Assembly: GCA_041487495.1 (NCBI GenBank)
Contig: JBGPNN010000001.1
Coordinates: 1-43,465, forward strand
Length of the DNA: 43,465 bases
Reading direction: 5' to 3'
Source of the DNA: a bacterium
Lineage (GTDB): Bacteria; Sysuimicrobiota; Sysuimicrobiia; Sysuimicrobiales; Humicultoraceae
Part shown: piece after piece, positions 1 to 9,779 of the stretch
How the letters are laid out: the number at the start of each line of letters is the position of its first letter
Position numbering within the stretch: the stretch's first letter is position 1
Translations under genes and position numbers: made by a program
The notes under the pieces: model-generated
What the model saw: the letters and a program-made list of their open reading frames with translations, nothing else
Database searches by the model: none
What the model was told of the DNA's origin: nothing

Positions 1-140
1 CCGAACGCGTCCCGCAGGAGTCTGCGGTGGCCGGCCAGCGCCTGCCCGTAGCCCGCGTCCCCGAGCTCGTGAAGAAGGCGTGTAGACCCCTCGATGTCGG
101 TGAAGAGGAAGGTAACTGTCCCGGTGGGCAGGGTAGGCAC
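1..140 (-). CDS. Class III adenylate/guanylate cyclase-domain protein, 5-prime end only (gene continues past the left edge)
   Basis: Absent from the ORF track because it is open at the window edge. Reverse-strand translation from GTG at 140 gives VPTLPTGTVTFLFTDIEGSTRLLHELGDAGYGQALAGHRRLLRDAF. TVTFLFTDIEGST is the typical start of a class III cyclase catalytic domain. AAGGAG lies at 152-157 on the minus strand, 11 nt upstream. Confidence 0.6.
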   Translation of the reverse strand, partial: MPTLPTGTVTFLFTDIEGSTRLLHELGDAGYGQALAGHRRLLRDAF

Positions 141-284
141 AGTGCGCAGCGCTCCTTGCTGCAATAAGCAGGGGCTTATTGAGGGCGGACTTTCGGGGTA
201 GTCCAGACTTGCTCCTTCATTCGCACTACCTCGCAGCTGCGGGGTAGAGGCACTTTTCTCGGCGTCCCAACCTCCGGAGACCTG

Positions 285-310
285 GGAACTTTCCCCCTGT
301 GCCCCCGTCT
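285..310 (+). promoter_or_regulatory. ECF-type promoter GGAAC-N16-CGTCT in front of the sigma factor gene
   Basis: GGAAC at 285-289, a 16-nt spacer, then CGTCT at 306-310. GGGAGG follows at 322-327, with GTG at 331/334. This matches the generic ECF autoregulatory layout (-35 GGAAC, -10 CGTC). Confidence 0.55.
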
Positions 311-330
311 AACTGGTCGACGGGAGGCGA

Positions 331-891
331 GTGGTGGAACACCCGGTGACTGTTGACGATAACAGCCTGATCAAACGCTCCTGCGCGGGCGACCTCGACG
401 CCTTCGGACACCTCGTCCGCGCACACCAGGACCGCGTCTACAACCTCGCCTACCGCATCACCGGCAACCACGAGGACGCTGCCGACGCTGCCCAGGATGC
501 TTTCGTCCGCGCATATCAGGGGCTGGAGCGGTTCCGCGGCGAGGCGTCGTTCTCCACCTGGCTGCACCGCATCGCGACGAATGCCGCGCTCGATCTGGTC
601 CGCCGACGCCCGGACGTCCCGCCGGTGGAGTTACCGGCCGATCAGGCGTCGTCCGACGACCCCGCGGCGGAGGCCCATCGCCGTGAGGTGAATCGCCGGG
701 TGCATGCCGCGGTCGGGCAGCTCCCAGCGGAGTATCGTGTAGTCGTCGCGCTCCGCGATGTACAGGGCCTGGCGTACGACGAGATTGCGAAGGTGCTGCA
801 GATACCTGTGGGCACCGTCAGATCGCGGCTGAGCCGGGGACGCGAGGCGCTACGCGCGCTGTTGATGGACCTCGTTGCGGCCGAGGGGTGA
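331..891 (+). CDS. ECF (group 4) RNA polymerase sigma-70 family factor
   Basis: 186-aa ORF. Region 2 is recognisable (FGHLVRAHQDRVYNLAYRITGNHEDAADAAQDAFVRAY...FSTWLHRIATNAALD). Region 4 HTH is recognisable (LPAEYRVVVALRDVQGLAYDEIAKVLQIPVGTVRSRLSRGREAL). The start may be GTG 331 or 334. Confidence 0.9.
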   Translation: MVEHPVTVDDNSLIKRSCAGDLDAFGHLVRAHQDRVYNLAYRITGNHEDAADAAQDAFVRAYQGLERFRGEASFSTWLHRIATNAALDLVRRRPDVPPVELPADQASSDDPAAEAHRREVNRRVHAAVGQLPAEYRVVVALRDVQGLAYDEIAKVLQIPVGTVRSRLSRGREALRALLMDLVAAEG

Positions 892-922
892 TGATCAGAT
901 GAATGGTAGGGAGAGGGTGAGT

Positions 923-2128
923 ATGGATCACGACGCGGCCCGCGCCCGGTTCTCGGCGCTGATCGACGGCGCACTGCCCGCGCGGGAGGCGGCGGACGTC
1001 GAGGGGCACCTGGAACACTGCGCCGCGTGCCGCACCGACCTGGCTCAACTGCGCGCCACCGTGCGACTCCTACAGGAGGTGGAGCCTGTGCAGGTACCCG
1101 AGGGATTTGCGGCCGGCGTCCGCGGCCGGCTCGAGCAGTTGTCTCATGCCGCGCCGTCGCGGCCCTGGGCGCGGTGGCGTATCACCTGGCCGCAGATCCG
1201 CTGGTCGTGGAAGACCGCGGCCGCCGCGGCATCGGTGGCGCTCGTGGCGATCTTCGCGGCCAATCTCGCGCGCGAGATGACGCCTACCTGGCGCCTACGG
1301 AGCCAGGGAGAGCGCGCGCGGTGGGGAGACGGCAGGGAGACCTCCAACGCGGAGACCAACTCCAGGGTCAATCGCAAGGCGGCGGCTCCTCCTCAACCGT
1401 CGGTGGATGCGGTCGGCCAGCAGTCCGCTGTGAGCAATGAGCCTAACTTCGATCGGAAGGTCATTCGAACCGGCCAGCTGGCTCTTGAGGTCGAGAAGTT
1501 CGACGAGGCGGCGCGGCGGCTGCTGACGATCGCCGAGACCGCCGGCGGGTTCATCGCTGATTCCTCATATGAGGAATCAGGCGGCGTGCCCCACGGCACG
1601 TTCGTTCTCCGCGTGCCGGCGAACCGATTCACTGACACCGTGCGACAGGCCGAGCAGCTCGGCACCGTCCAGCGCCGGCAGATCAGCGGCCAGGATGTCA
1701 CCGAGGAGTTCATCGACCTGGACGCCCGCGTCCGCAACCTGGAGCGGCAGGAGGCGCGACTGCTCACCTTCATGGACCGCGCCGTGAAAATCCCCGATTT
1801 GATGGCGATCCAGCAGGAAGTGTCGCGCGTGCGCGGCGAGATCGAACGGCTCAAGGGCCGGCTGCGGTTCCTGACCAACCGCGTGGACCTGGCCACAATC
1901 CAGGCCGACGTCAGCCAGAAACCCAAGAAGCAGTCAGGCGGATTCTGGGACTTCGACCGGACCATCACGCGGATTCAGGCCGCATTCCTCAACACCGTCC
2001 GGGAGATCCTCGGCGCCGTGGAGGGGATCACAGCGTTCGCGGCGGCGATCCTCCCACTGGTGCTGCTCGGCATGCTGGGGTGGGGTCTCTTCAGGCGATC
2101 GAGCCGCCGCGCCGACCGGGCGGCATGA
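923..2128 (+). CDS. Anti-sigma factor: N-terminal zf-HC2 (putative zinc finger), one TM helix, C-terminal DUF4349-like coiled-coil domain with a terminal TM helix
   Basis: HLEHCAACRTDL is an H-x3-C-x2-C motif just after the start. A TM segment is present (AAAAASVALVAIFAANL). The C-terminal part (RKVIRTGQLALEVEKFDEA...DVTEEFIDLDARVRNLERQEARL) resembles DUF4349. The ORF opens at TTG 875. ATG 923 has the best SD (GGGAGAGGG at 909-917); ATG 899 is an alternative. The gene lies next to and nearly overlaps the sigma gene. Confidence 0.8.
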   Translation: MDHDAARARFSALIDGALPAREAADVEGHLEHCAACRTDLAQLRATVRLLQEVEPVQVPEGFAAGVRGRLEQLSHAAPSRPWARWRITWPQIRWSWKTAAAAASVALVAIFAANLAREMTPTWRLRSQGERARWGDGRETSNAETNSRVNRKAAAPPQPSVDAVGQQSAVSNEPNFDRKVIRTGQLALEVEKFDEAARRLLTIAETAGGFIADSSYEESGGVPHGTFVLRVPANRFTDTVRQAEQLGTVQRRQISGQDVTEEFIDLDARVRNLERQEARLLTFMDRAVKIPDLMAIQQEVSRVRGEIERLKGRLRFLTNRVDLATIQADVSQKPKKQSGGFWDFDRTITRIQAAFLNTVREILGAVEGITAFAAAILPLVLLGMLGWGLFRRSSRRADRAA

Positions 2129-2170
2129 TCCGCTCAACGCTACCGAGCCCGCATCGCGATTGAAGCATCG

Positions 2171-2197
2171 GGAGGCCGCCGAGTCTGTGCGGCCTCC
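2171..2197 (+). terminator. Perfect 9-bp GC-rich hairpin after the anti-sigma gene (no T-tract)
   Basis: GGAGGCCGC at 2171-2179, a 9-nt loop, then GCGGCCTCC at 2189-2197. It starts 43 nt after the stop codon at 2126-2128. Confidence 0.4.
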
Positions 2198-2206
2198 TGC
2201 TATACT
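2198..2206 (+). promoter_or_regulatory. Extended -10 element TGcTATACT, 8 nt upstream of the polA start
   Basis: TGCTATACT at 2198-2206, and GTG at 2215. There is no clear SD between them. Confidence 0.35.
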
Positions 2207-2214
2207 ACGGGACG

Positions 2215-4833
2215 GTGACCCCCGTGCCCGGAACGCTCGTCCTCCTCGACACCAATGGTCTCATCTACCGCGCCTTCTTCGCGCTGCCATACTTGACGAC
2301 CTCGGACGGGCGGCCGACCAACGCTGTGTACGGTCTGACGTCCATGGTCTTGAAGGTTCTCGAGGAGGAGAAACCCGACTACATGGCAGCCGCGTTCGAC
2401 CGGCCCGCGCCGACCTTCCGCCACCGGCAGTTCAAAGAGTACAAAGCCCATCGCGAGGCGATGCCCGACGACCTCCGGCCGCAGTTTGCGCTCAGTAAGC
2501 AGGTGCTGGACGCGCTTCGCATCGCGATCTTTGAGGCCGATGGCTTTGAGGCCGAGGATATTATTGCGACGATCACCCGCCAGGCCCTCGAGCGGGGGAT
2601 GGAGGTCCTGATCGTCAGCGGCGATCTCGACACCCTGCAACTCGTCCGGCCGGGCGTCCGCGTCATGGTCACCAGCCGCGGGATCAGCGAGACGGTGATT
2701 TACGACGAAGCCAGGGTCCGCGAGCGCTTTGGATTCGCCCCGACCCAATTGCCGGACTACAAGAGCCTCCGCGGGGATTCGAGCGATAACATCCCCGGCG
2801 TGCCTGGCATCGGGGAGAAAACGGCGAGCGCCTTGGTGCAGCAGTTCGGCAGCATCGAGACCCTCCTAGACCATCTGGATCAGGCGCCGCCGAAAGTACG
2901 ACCCGCCTTGGCCGCCTCACGCGACCAGGTCGTGCAGAGCAAGCACCTGGCCACGATCGTGGCCGACGCGCCGATCACGGTCGATTGGGAGGCCTTGCGA
3001 CGGCGCGACCCGGCTCGCGATCGGGCCGAGGCGCTGTTCCGCGACCTGGAGTTTCGCGTGTTTGTGGACCGGTTGCGGGGGGTCGCGCCGCCCACGCAGG
3101 AAGCCGTCCCCGCCGTGCAGGCGACGGATGCGCGAGACCTGGCCCGCTGCGCCGAAGGCGCGGCGGAAGTCGGCGTAGCGTTTTTACGGGGCGAAGGTCA
3201 TCCACTGGTGGCGCCGATCGACGCCGTGGGTGTGGCGGCCCTCGGGCAGGCGGCCTGGATGCCGCTGAACGGTCTCGGTATCCCGGAGCCGGTCCGAGCC
3301 ATCCTGGAAAACCCCGCCGTCCGCAAGATCAGCGGCGATATCAAGGCGGATCTGCTGACCCTCGCGCGCGAAGATATTACCCCGGCCCACCTAGACTTCG
3401 ACGTCGCCATCGCGTCGTATGTGCTCAATCCCGGCAAGCGCACCCATACGCTGGAGACGGCGGCCGCCGAATACCTGGGGATCGACCTGCGACATGTCGA
3501 CGAAGACCAGGCGCTGGCGGCTCATCGCGGCGCGCTGGCCGCTGCGTGTGCGGATGCGCTGGTCCGGCTGCGTCCCGTGTTGGAAGAGCGGATGCGCGAG
3601 CGGGCCGTGGACGGGTTGTTTCGTGACGTCGAGATCCCGCTGGCCGAAGTGCTCGCCCGGATGGAACAGACCGGCGTCGTCATCGATGTCCCGTACCTGG
3701 ACGCGCTGGGCGTCGAGATGGCTGGTCGCATCGACGGGCTCGAACGTGAGATTTACGGAATGGCCGGCGCCGAGTTCAACATCGGGTCGCCGAAGCAGCT
3801 GGGCTTCGTCCTCTTTGAGAAACTGCAGCTGCCCCCGCTGAAGAAGACCAAGACGGGATACTCGACCGACGCCGAGGTGCTGGAGTTCCTGGCGCCCCGC
3901 CACGAGATTGTCGCGAAGATCGTCGAGCACCGCGAGTTGACCAAACTGAAGTCGACGTACGTCGACGTCCTGCCGCGCATGGCGGATCGCGGCGGCCGCG
4001 TGCACACGACCTTCAACCAGACGCTGGCGGCGACAGGCCGGGTGATCACCGAGTCCCCGAACCTACAGAATGTGCCCATCCGCACCGAGGAAGGCCGCAA
4101 GATCCGTCGCGCGATCGTGGCACCGGCGGGCGCGCTGCTCCTCAGTGTGGACTACTCGCAGATCGACCTGCGGGTCCTGGCGCACATCACGCGCGATCCC
4201 GGTCTGGTCTCGGCCTTCGAACGGGGCGACGATATCCACACCGTGATTGCGGCGGAGGTCTTTGGGCTGGCACCCGGCGGCGTGACGCCCGAACTCCGGC
4301 GGCGCGCCAAGGCCATCGTCTTTGGCGTGGCCTACGGGATGAGCGAGCATGGTCTGGCCGCTCAACTCGGGATCGACCGGCGCGAGGCGCGCGAGTTCAT
4401 CGATACGTACTACGTGAGATTCCCCAAGGTGCGGGAGTATATGCTCAGCGTCGTCGAGCAGGCGCGCCGAGACGGCTTCGTGACGACGGTGCTCAACCGC
4501 CGCCGCTACCTGCCGGATCTGATGAGCCGGAACCGCGCGGTGCGCGAGGCCGCCGAACGGACGGCGATCAATACGCCGATCCAAGGGTCCAGCGCCGACA
4601 TCATCAAGCTGGCCATGCTGATGATTGCCCGGCAGGTCCTCCCGTCGTCGTCGGGCGTTCACATGACCCTGCAGATCCACGATGAACTGCTGTTTGAGCT
4701 TCCCGAGCCGGCGGTGGTCGAGGTTGCGGCGGAGGTCCGTACCCTGATGGAAGGCGCCTTCCCGCTGAGTGTGCCGCTGGTCGCAGAGGCCAAGGTCGGT
4801 CCCAATTGGGCCGAGATGCGCGCCGTGCCGTGA
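2215..4833 (+). CDS. polA: DNA polymerase I
   Basis: 872 aa. A 5-prime nuclease domain is present (LLDTNGLIYRAFFAL, GDSSDNIPGVPGIGEKTA). Pol A motifs are present: A (LLSVDYSQIDLRVLAH), B (RRRAKAIVFGVAYGMS) and C (LQIHDELLFE). Confidence 0.95.
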   Translation: MTPVPGTLVLLDTNGLIYRAFFALPYLTTSDGRPTNAVYGLTSMVLKVLEEEKPDYMAAAFDRPAPTFRHRQFKEYKAHREAMPDDLRPQFALSKQVLDALRIAIFEADGFEAEDIIATITRQALERGMEVLIVSGDLDTLQLVRPGVRVMVTSRGISETVIYDEARVRERFGFAPTQLPDYKSLRGDSSDNIPGVPGIGEKTASALVQQFGSIETLLDHLDQAPPKVRPALAASRDQVVQSKHLATIVADAPITVDWEALRRRDPARDRAEALFRDLEFRVFVDRLRGVAPPTQEAVPAVQATDARDLARCAEGAAEVGVAFLRGEGHPLVAPIDAVGVAALGQAAWMPLNGLGIPEPVRAILENPAVRKISGDIKADLLTLAREDITPAHLDFDVAIASYVLNPGKRTHTLETAAAEYLGIDLRHVDEDQALAAHRGALAAACADALVRLRPVLEERMRERAVDGLFRDVEIPLAEVLARMEQTGVVIDVPYLDALGVEMAGRIDGLEREIYGMAGAEFNIGSPKQLGFVLFEKLQLPPLKKTKTGYSTDAEVLEFLAPRHEIVAKIVEHRELTKLKSTYVDVLPRMADRGGRVHTTFNQTLAATGRVITESPNLQNVPIRTEEGRKIRRAIVAPAGALLLSVDYSQIDLRVLAHITRDPGLVSAFERGDDIHTVIAAEVFGLAPGGVTPELRRRAKAIVFGVAYGMSEHGLAAQLGIDRREAREFIDTYYVRFPKVREYMLSVVEQARRDGFVTTVLNRRRYLPDLMSRNRAVREAAERTAINTPIQGSSADIIKLAMLMIARQVLPSSSGVHMTLQIHDELLFELPEPAVVEVAAEVRTLMEGAFPLSVPLVAEAKVGPNWAEMRAVP

Positions 4834-5438
4834 AGATCATCGGCCTGACCGGGGGGATGGCCAGCGGGAAGAGCCTGGTGGCGCAGATCCTTCGCGAACT
4901 TGGCGCCGAGATCATCGACGCCGACGTGATCGCGCGCGAGGTCGTGGAGCCCGGTACCGAGGCGCTTCGGGAGATCGTGGCAGAGTTCGGACAGGTCGTC
5001 CTGCAGCCCGATGGGACCCTGGACCGCCCGGTGCTCGGCGAGCGTATCTTCCGCGACCCCAAGGCTCGTGTCCGTCTGAATGCCATCACCCATCCGAAGA
5101 TCCGACGGCGGATAGCTGAGCGGGTCGAGGGCCTCCGCTGCCGCCGGCCCGGCGCGATTGTCGTCCTCGATATCCCCCTGCTCCTCGACACCGCACCGGC
5201 GGACACCTATGCGCTCGATGGGATCGTGGTGGTCTTTGTCGATGAGGATACCCAGGCCGCGAGGCTGGCGGCCCGCGACAGCGTCTCCCAGACCGTGGCC
5301 AGGCAGCGCCTCGGGGCCCAGCGGCCGTTGCGCGAGAAGGTTCCCCTGGCCACGTGGGTGATCGACAATGCGGGAACGCCGGATGCGACCCGGCGACAGG
5401 TCGAAGCGCTCTGGCGCGCCTGGCAGCAGCAGGGCTGA
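4830..5438 (+). CDS. coaE: Dephospho-CoA kinase
   Basis: VKIIGLTGGMASGKS is a P-loop at the N-terminus, as in CoaE. The tracked ORF opens at 4806. GTG 4830 gives the usual N-terminus and overlaps the polA stop codon as GTGA. Confidence 0.88.
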   Translation: MKIIGLTGGMASGKSLVAQILRELGAEIIDADVIAREVVEPGTEALREIVAEFGQVVLQPDGTLDRPVLGERIFRDPKARVRLNAITHPKIRRRIAERVEGLRCRRPGAIVVLDIPLLLDTAPADTYALDGIVVVFVDEDTQAARLAARDSVSQTVARQRLGAQRPLREKVPLATWVIDNAGTPDATRRQVEALWRAWQQQG

Positions 5439-5496
5439 TGCGATCGCGGCGGGAACCCGCCCCGAGGCCGGTTCGTACCAGTGGTGGGAGGGCATC

Positions 5497-7554
5497 ATGA
5501 GGCGATACGCGATCCCGATTCTGATCACGCTCGTTGCGCTTGGCGGCTGGCTACCCTCGCCGGCGGCGGCACAGTCGGCGTCGGTGGTGGTCGATGGGCG
5601 GATCGTGGCGTTTGATCAGCCACCCGAGATCATCGGCGGCCGCCTGCTGATTCCCCTGCGGGGCGTCTTCGAACGCCTCGGCGCGAGCGTCGAGTGGCGG
5701 CCCGACCCCGGGATCGTCGTGGCCCGGCGCGGCCCGACGACAATCGTCCTGCAACCGGGCAACCGCACTGCCCGTGTCGACGGCCGGACGCTGACGCTCG
5801 ACGTCCCCGCGGTGATCGTGAACGGGCGCACGCTTGTCCCGCTGCGTTTCGTCGGCGAGGCGCTCGGCGCGAGGGTGGAGTGGGAATCCGCCAGTCGTGT
5901 CGTCTACGTGACCTCGCCGTCGCTGGCGGGCCCGCCGGCGCCCCCGAGACCACCCGCGCCTCCGTACGGACCACCCGCGCCTCCACCGCCGGGTCCCCCG
6001 GTCGTCCCGCCCGCACCCGTTGCACCACCGACGCCGGCGCCGCCGTTCACGCTGGACGGCACCGTGGCGCGCGTCGAGCCGTACGCCGCGCCGGCACGGT
6101 TGCATATTGTCTCCGCCGGAGCGGATTTTGTCATGACGGTGCAACCCGACACGCCCATCTTCTTGACGGAAGTCGGGAGCGGCCGTGGCGGCGCCGCGGC
6201 CCTCGAGCAGATCCGTCGGGGTGATTTCGTGCGGGTGTCGGTCGACGCGCAGGGCCGCGCCCTCTCGATTCGCGCATCTTACCGTCAACTCGTGGGCCGC
6301 CTGGACCGGATCGGATCCCGACGCCTCGTGTTGGCCGGCGGACAGGTCCTCGGCCTGGCCGATGACGCCCTCATCGTGCTGGACGGTCGCTACATCACAC
6401 GCGAGGTGCTCCGCCCGGGCATGGCGGTGACACTCCGCTTGAATCCACAGACGAACGAGGTTTGGGAGATCCACGCGCAGGCGCCGCCCGCGGCCGCGCC
6501 TCCTGTTGTCCCCGCGCCCATCCCGCCGAGGATTGAGACTGCGGGGCTCAACACGGCGGGGCCAATTGGGGCCGGCGCAACGCTCGTGGTGACCATGCAC
6601 GGTACACCAGGCGCTGAGGCGTTTGTCGATATCGGACGGATCGTAGGTCTGCGCATGCAGGAGGGGCCGGCCGGCCGGTACACCGCCAGCTATACGGTAC
6701 AGACCGGCGAGGCGGCGCAGGCGCAGGTCGCGGTGCGGCTGAGTTCTGGCGGGACGGAGACCACTCGCACCATTGCCTACGTCACGATTGACGGGCTGCC
6801 ACCGGTGTTTACACGCCTGGAGCCGGAGCCAAACACAGCGGTGGCAGCGGCGCGCCTCGTCATCACCGCCAACTTCGGCGATCGTGGCCCGTCCGGGGTC
6901 AACATCGACCGCACGCGCATCTGGGTCGACGGCCAGGAGGTGCGGGGGACCGGCTCGACCGCGACATCCGTGACGTACATCCCAGCGGCGCCCCTTCCAG
7001 CAGGGCGCCATCGCGTGCAGGTGTTCATCGTGGACCTCGCCGGAAACGAGGCGTCTACGACCTGGACGTTTGTGGTCAACCCACCGGCCCAGGTCGTGGC
7101 GCCCACGTCGGTGGTGTCACCGCCGATCATCCGGCCGACGGCTGCCCCGATCGCGCCGACTCCGGCGCCCGCGACACCCACCCCGGTTCCCCCGATGGTC
7201 ACCCCGACGCCCCGAGGGCCCGCCCTGCCGCCGCCGACCATCACCAGCCCGAAGCCCGGCGATGCGGTCACGTCCCAACTGGTCGTGCGCGGAACGGCGC
7301 CGCCGGGCGCAAAAGTGCAGGTGACAATCCGGTACGAGGGCCTGACGCCGGGTGGTCCCGGCGTCACGATCGGCCCGCTGACCGCGACCGTCAGGTCGAA
7401 CGGCGACTGGGAGATTCGAACCAGATTGCCCGAACGCCTGCGAGAGACGCGGCTCACGATCACCGCGGTGACGGTGGGTTCCGGCGACCTCCGATCCGAC
7501 CCGACGCGGGTCGTGATTGTCTCACTAGAGCAGCGGGATCCGGAGCGGCCGTAG
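5497..7554 (+). CDS. Secreted protein with a copper amine oxidase N-terminal (stalk-like) domain, proline-rich linkers and Ig-like beta domains
   Basis: Start set at ATG 5497, where a signal peptide begins ([27 protein letters not shown]). The domain signature is [38 protein letters not shown]...[22 protein letters not shown]. Two PAPP-type linkers are present. The tracked ORF opens earlier, at 5368. Confidence 0.75.
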   Translation: MRRYAIPILITLVALGGWLPSPAAAQSASVVVDGRIVAFDQPPEIIGGRLLIPLRGVFERLGASVEWRPDPGIVVARRGPTTIVLQPGNRTARVDGRTLTLDVPAVIVNGRTLVPLRFVGEALGARVEWESASRVVYVTSPSLAGPPAPPRPPAPPYGPPAPPPPGPPVVPPAPVAPPTPAPPFTLDGTVARVEPYAAPARLHIVSAGADFVMTVQPDTPIFLTEVGSGRGGAAALEQIRRGDFVRVSVDAQGRALSIRASYRQLVGRLDRIGSRRLVLAGGQVLGLADDALIVLDGRYITREVLRPGMAVTLRLNPQTNEVWEIHAQAPPAAAPPVVPAPIPPRIETAGLNTAGPIGAGATLVVTMHGTPGAEAFVDIGRIVGLRMQEGPAGRYTASYTVQTGEAAQAQVAVRLSSGGTETTRTIAYVTIDGLPPVFTRLEPEPNTAVAAARLVITANFGDRGPSGVNIDRTRIWVDGQEVRGTGSTATSVTYIPAAPLPAGRHRVQVFIVDLAGNEASTTWTFVVNPPAQVVAPTSVVSPPIIRPTAAPIAPTPAPATPTPVPPMVTPTPRGPALPPPTITSPKPGDAVTSQLVVRGTAPPGAKVQVTIRYEGLTPGGPGVTIGPLTATVRSNGDWEIRTRLPERLRETRLTITAVTVGSGDLRSDPTRVVIVSLEQRDPERP

Positions 7555-7574
7555 CGCTACCCGGCAACGGTGGA

Positions 7575-7600
7575 ACCAACTGGACACCGGTTGGTATACT
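7575..7600 (+). promoter_or_regulatory. uvrB promoter region: extended -10 TGgTATACT overlapped by a 21-bp palindrome
   Basis: ACCAAC at 7575-7580, 9 nt, then GTTGGT at 7590-7595; two further inner pairs also match. TGGTATACT at 7592-7600. ATG at 7607, only 6 nt after the -10, with no SD. Confidence 0.4.
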
Positions 7601-7606
7601 GTTTTT

Positions 7607-9748
<2,142 letters not shown>

Positions 9749-9779
9749 ATTGGAGAACGGTCTCACGAGGAGTTGGCGC

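Noticed and set aside
2985-3626. Alternative-frame plus-strand ORFs inside polA and many other genes (e.g. 1027-1440, 5694-6224, 12478-13077)
   Set aside because: These are out-of-frame Arg/Pro/Gly-rich translations nested within genes that have strong family signatures. There is no independent SD or start evidence.
5920-6050. Repetitive CCACCCGCGCCTCC-type DNA that might be a tandem repeat or array
   Set aside because: It is in-frame coding sequence for a proline-rich linker ([20 protein letters not shown]). It has no spacer/repeat periodicity and no CRISPR-like structure.
5551-7011. 486-aa minus-strand ORF antisense to the secreted copper-amine-oxidase-domain gene
   Set aside because: Extremely Arg/Gly/Pro-rich and low in complexity, with no recognisable domain. 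It fully shadows a plus-strand gene that has clear domain signatures. This is a typical high-GC antisense artefact.
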